From contig OZ024740.1 in NCBI GenBank assembly GCA_964016885.1, positions 297,166,001 through 297,230,000 on the forward strand: a stretch of 64,000 nucleotides of DNA, read 5' to 3'. A program made the position numbers and the translations under genes. The stretch is from Eledone cirrhosa (lineage: Eukaryota). Shown piece by piece: positions 58,688-64,000 of this stretch (position 1 is its first letter; every line of letters starts with the position of its first letter). The notes under the pieces were generated by a model, which had not been told where the DNA came from, did not search any database, and saw only the letters and a program-made list of their open reading frames with translations.

Positions 58688-59121
58688 CATACAGGTACAC
58701 ATACATATATGCACGTATCAGTTTAGCGGACGCTTATTATAACGCCGCTTTGTTCGTTTGTAAACCAGCTGAACAGCCTGAATTTTATGCCGTACGGTGT
58801 TAAGGCAACCACGTCACCTTTTTGTTCAACACTGACACAGGAACGATGTACTAGTTTCAAGCTTGTTAGCTATCATCAGCACCGTATACCCTTCTGCCAG
58901 ATAGTTGAACGTTTGAAAGTATATACTTTCCTTATGAAAATTAACGGCTGAGCAGCCTAATTTGCATATCGAGTGAGTTAAGTCGGTCAGGCATACCGAA
59001 AACGATAAGTTGAAATAAAATGAAAACGAAATTTCATTTCTCACTCTTAGTACGGCACTTACTTAAATGTAAGTATGTGTGTATACGTACATACATATAT
59101 GTATACAGACGTACAGTAGCA

Positions 59122-59187
<66 letters not shown>

Positions 59188-59704
59188 CACTCGATATGCA
59201 AATTAGGCTGCTCAGCCGTTAATTTTCATAAGGAAAGTATATACTTTCTGGCAGAAGGGTATACGGTGCTGATGATAGCTAACAAGCTTGAAACTAGTAC
59301 ATCGTTCCTGTGTCAGTGTTGAACAAAAAGGTGACGTGGTTGCCTTAACACCGTACGGCATAAAATTCAGGCTGTTCAGTTTGTTTACAAACGAACAAAG
59401 CGGCGTTATAATAAGCGTCCGCTAAACTGATACGTGCATATATGTATGTGTACCTGTATGTATATATATATATATATATATATGCATGCTACTGTACGTC
59501 TGTATACATATATGTAAGTACGTATACACACATACTTACATTTAAGTAAGTGCCGTACTAAGAGTGAGAAATGAAATTTCGTTTTCATTTTATTTCAACT
59601 TATATATATATATATATATATATAATTGAATAAACAAGAGAGATGAACACTAATATAAACATACATGTGTTCGAATCGTAAGGACCAAATTTGAGTTCTT
59701 AACT

Positions 59705-59708
<4 letters not shown>
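58341..59708. repeat. Large inverted duplication containing a ~490-nt tandem monomer with hammerheads
   Basis: 58341-58977 is inverted at 59187-59708, and 58517-58635 is directly repeated at 59007-59125. Interspersed with (TA)n. Confidence 0.88.
59263..59305 (+). ncRNA. Minimal type I hammerhead motif (mirror copy at 58843-58885 on minus)
   Basis: ACGGTG-CTGATGA-tAGCTaacaAGCTt-GAAAC-TA-GTA^CATCGT. Stem I is 6 bp, stem III is the palindrome ACTAGT. Confidence 0.85.
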
Positions 59709-59748
<40 letters not shown>

Positions 59749-60198
59749 TGGCTTTCATTTAATAATTTTTGCGAAACAGATTTTGGTCTGTCCGGGTATC
59801 AAAGGCTATTGCCCGATATAGGGTTGTTATTTTTATTGATTTATTACTTCAAATCGAGTCAGGGAAACCGGTTTTTTTCAACCTAGCTAACTTGATCATT
59901 TGCAATTGGAACACATGTATACTTGTATCGGTGTTCATCCTGCTCATATATCCAATTATATTACATGGCTCGGAAAGATTCCCTTCTTTGATCTATTTTA
60001 ATTGTAAAAGACTATTTTGAGTTTATAACTCAATCTATGATATATATATATATATATATATATATGAAGGACTATAGTCCGAAACGTTAAGATTTTTCTA
60101 TTATTTCAAGCTTTAAACTTCATTGTATTGTGTCATTTCCTTTGTTATTTCTATCTACTTTACACACACACACACATAGACACACACACACACACATA

Positions 60199-60291
<93 letters not shown>

Positions 60292-60319
60292 CTATATATA
60301 TATATATATAATATTTATA

Positions 60320-61565
60320 AAAAGGAAGTTTGTTTGTTTGTTTGTTTGACTCACTTGACAACCACTCATTTTTCCGAAAACGGAAGCAGGGAGTGATGGG
60401 GGACTTCGGAGTTACAGGTAGACACTTCTCGGCCGTTTAAATTTATAGAAAAGCACTCGGTGGGGGATCGTGAAAACATTTTTTTCCTATTTTTTTTGCG
60501 TGTGTTTTCAAATAATCTCCGAAATGCTTGCAATCGCCTTCTTTTCCGAAAACGGAATGGAGGGCAGGGTGAGGAGTGAACCCCTGGAATTTCTCAGCAT
60601 CGGAGATTTCTTCAGTGCGAATAACAGAGGCGGGAAGAGAGGGGTATACTCTGAGTTACAGATAAGCACAGTTTAAATTTATAAAAAAGGAATCCCTTGA
60701 TATTGAAGGATGTTTTGATCCTTCATCATTTTGTACTGTTGTGGAAAGCGTTGTAATCTTAATCAAGTGTTCGCCAATTTCCAAATCCACCATTCCAATG
60801 AGGAGTGGCTGTGTGAAAGAGCAATCCTTTGCCCCCCCCCCCCCCAACAAAAAAATGACACATTACAGTGAATGCCATCAATACAAATCTATCACAAATG
60901 ACTCCTGGAGGCAGCCAAACCTACAAACCTATCGACAAAGTTGTCGACGAGGACGAAGCTCTTTATTATTCTGTTGAATTTCTCAACAGTCTGGAACCAT
61001 CCGGTATGCTGCCATACAACCTTGAATTGAAGAAGGGCACAGTCATTATGCTTCTCAGAAACCTAGATCAGCCAAAATTGTGCAATGGGACGCGTATATT
61101 TGTGAGTGAGCTACAGCATAACATTATTGAAGCCAAAATCCTCACTGGATGTGATAAGGGAGACATTGTATTTATACATAGAATGCCGCTAATACCAACA
61201 GATGTCCCTTCATTTCAAACAATTGCAATTCCCAGTGTGAGTCAGTTCGCAATGACCATTAACAAGTCCCAAGATCAAACACTGCAGGTGGTCGGTCTCC
61301 ATCTAGAAGAGGGCTGTTTCTCACATGGTCAATTGTGCAGGTTGTTCCAGAGTAGGAACAGACTTCATAAATGCTCCGAATAAAAAAGTTAAGCATCGTA
61401 TTTAGATATTCTAAATAAACTGTTGAAATTATGTTATGAAATATTTAAATAACTTTTAGCATATTTTAGTTTAAGGAAAATGGACATTTCGGTATATTTT
61501 AATAGATGCCTTATGAATAGATTTGAGCACAGTATGGACCGGGGCGAAGGCTGGCTGGGCACTTG

Positions 61566-61567
<2 letters not shown>
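60320..61567 (+). mobile_element. Internally deleted Helitron (PIF1 helicase fragment)
   Basis: ORF 60868-61383 EFLNSLEPSGMLP..LELKKG..IMLLRNLD..LCNGTR..FAMTINKSQ.QTL..FSHGQL. GC-rich hairpin-like 3' end near 61540-61567. Confidence 0.88.
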
Positions 61568-61612
<45 letters not shown>

Positions 61613-64000
61613 ATGTGTGTAGGTGTGTGTGTGTCTGACATAATCACAAAGTAATGAATATAAAGGGGCTTCGTCGTATAGCCGATTAAATTGATGTGTG
61701 CTTATTTTATGGACCTAAGAGGGGTTAACGTCGGCATTGGGAGAATTTGAACTCGGCTTAATAGGATTCAATTAAAGTAATATACGATGATTTATTTCAT
61801 TTATAATCAAAATATATTTAGTTCAGAGAAACAATGCAAGGTACATAACTCTAGATTTTGCTTCGTGAAAATTGTTTCCCCTTTGCATATTTTTTTTTTA
61901 ATCACAGAAATGACACTCGATTTAGTAGCTGGGATTTTCTACCCTAGTAATCGAACAAATTAGTGACCTTCAAAGCAGCCATTGAACTTGCTAGAAATAA
62001 AAGTCAAATTTCCCTCAAACAAGACACTGGTATTTTAAAGTAAAGAATTCAGTTGAGAGACACTTCAATTAATGAAAAATATTTCGGCTTATATTTTAAG
62101 TACTCTTGGGTCCCAAATAATAGGGGTAGTTGGAATAAGCATGGAAGTTGGGGTTGGGGGTGAAAAGCGATAATTTTTCTAGGTTGTCTCCCTAGATTTT
62201 TTAGAAACCAGAATTAGTCATTTAGTTTTCATATTGAGACGAACATACCTCCAGCGAAATTTTATTTTAAATAGTAACATTCCTACGATAATTAATTTTC
62301 TAGAGACATAAAAAAAAACCATTATTACAATAAAATAAATAGGATGGGTTGGGGGTCTCAATATGTAAACTAAACAATTAATTCTGATTTAATCTCTCCT
62401 ATTACTGGTGTGACTATTTATGCCTGCTGAGAAATAAGGTGTATTGAAAGACACAACGGGAAATATTATGTCGTTGAAAGACACAACGGGAAATAAAAGA
62501 TCGTGTTCAATAATACAATGCCTCGTTGAGACCCAATCTCACAGTAGTGGTACCAAAAGCCTATTATTTTTAATTTTTTAACCTCACGTCTTTATGGAAA
62601 GTGTGTGTTAAGTGTATGTGTGGCGAGAGAGGGAGTGAGAGAAACAGACAGATAAATATCTTTAGAGAAACAGACAGATAGATAGACAGACAGAACGTGA
62701 GCGAACTAAAAGACTAATTACTTTTTTAAACTTCGGCCACGTTAAGCAAAAGGTGTGGTAGGAATGTGTATGCATAAGAGAGAGGGGGGGGGGAGAAGGA
62801 AAGAAGGATGATAAAAAGATGGCAGCGGTGGTTGTCAGTTGGGATACATTTTTGTTTTTACTTTCGCATATGTATAGAATTTCTTTCAGGGATTTAATTT
62901 GCTACATTCTACATTCTACAATTAAGTACCAGCATTATATTGATTTTAATTTAGGCACATATCTAGCAACATTCGGAGGAAGGACAAAGTTGATTAAATC
63001 AACCCCAGTAGTTGGCTGCTATTTCATTTTATCGACCCCAGAGAGTTGAAATGGAGAATCGGCCTCGGCGGCATTTGAACTCAGAATGTACAGGGTGGCC
63101 ACTGAAAAACCTTTTCGTTTTCAATCTTTTTTATTTTCTCTTTTTTTTGCATATTATAGACCACAGGTTCTCAACCCATTTAAGCCAAACGTCCCCTTTT
63201 GACCCTCGAAATCTCGAAACGCCCCCTCCCCCCTTACTTTTCCATTTTTCAATATACTACTGATTTTGATATCAGTAGATTACTGAAAAATTAACAATAT
63301 TGCAAAGATACCATTGCAGGCAACTGAGAGTATAAATACATTCCTTGAAAGGAAATATATAAATTAAAAAAAAAAGGAACATAAATGTTCTTTTTTATGA
63401 ATAAGGACCAGTTGAATTTGTTATATTCCCACCAGGTGTTACCAGCTATTTTGAACATTTATACAAGAGCAACTCTTATCTGGAAGAGTGCTCTTATCTG
63501 GAAGAAAATGGCAATTATATCATTTCAAAGCTTTCCAATTTTCTCTTTAATGAAACGGACAGAATAAATGTTGATATCTAATTTAATGTCCCCTCTGCTT
63601 TGTGATCTTAGAGACCAGGGAAGAGGGTTTTCATGACCACGCGGGAGGGTATATTTATTAGTAAATGGTAAAATATATAAAACAAGTAAGTGAATTGAAG
63701 TAGATGGTTTCCAGTTCAGTCAGACTGCAAGTAAAAATAAAAAAAAATTGTTAGTTTGCTTTGTAACAATAGCATATCCAAGTTTTCGGATAAATCAACT
63801 TACTTTAACTTTGACCTAATTTCAATGGGACCCTTGAACTTTATGGTGTCTAGCTAACTCTTTGATGTCAGGCTGGATTTTCGTAAGATGTAGCCGGAGA
63901 ACTCTACGTGTAATTACGTTGTAGCTGTTGCGAGCCTTACTGAACAGTCTGGAAACAGCACCAAACCTACTCTCGACTAAGTATGAGCTTGGAAAAGGCA

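Overview
AT-rich, microsatellite-saturated eukaryotic DNA, most likely an octopus (cephalopod) genome; this is inferred from the S-crystallin gene and the SINE/LINE landscape. The only host gene is a minus-strand lens S-crystallin (sigma-GST-derived) spanning about 10.3-21.8 kb. Six coding exons can be read with GT-AG sites in consistent phase; the expected exon 2 is not visible and probably lies in the 200-N gap. Its variable 'loop' insert is split over two symmetric phase-0 exons, one encoding a (S/G)DMR tandem repeat. The rest is transposon-derived: RTE, Tx1, RLE (R4/Dong-like), Penelope-like (PLE), Tc1/mariner, Helitron, MITEs and many tRNA-derived SINEs. The most striking non-obvious signal is about 12 minimal type-I hammerhead ribozyme motifs from several sequence families. 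They sit in PLE inverted pseudo-LTRs, in near-perfect fold-back palindromes, and in non-coding ~480-490 nt 'monomer-plus' repeats embedded in (TA)n, suggesting a PLE-driven, retrozyme-like system. All structures were read by eye; no folding or database search was run.
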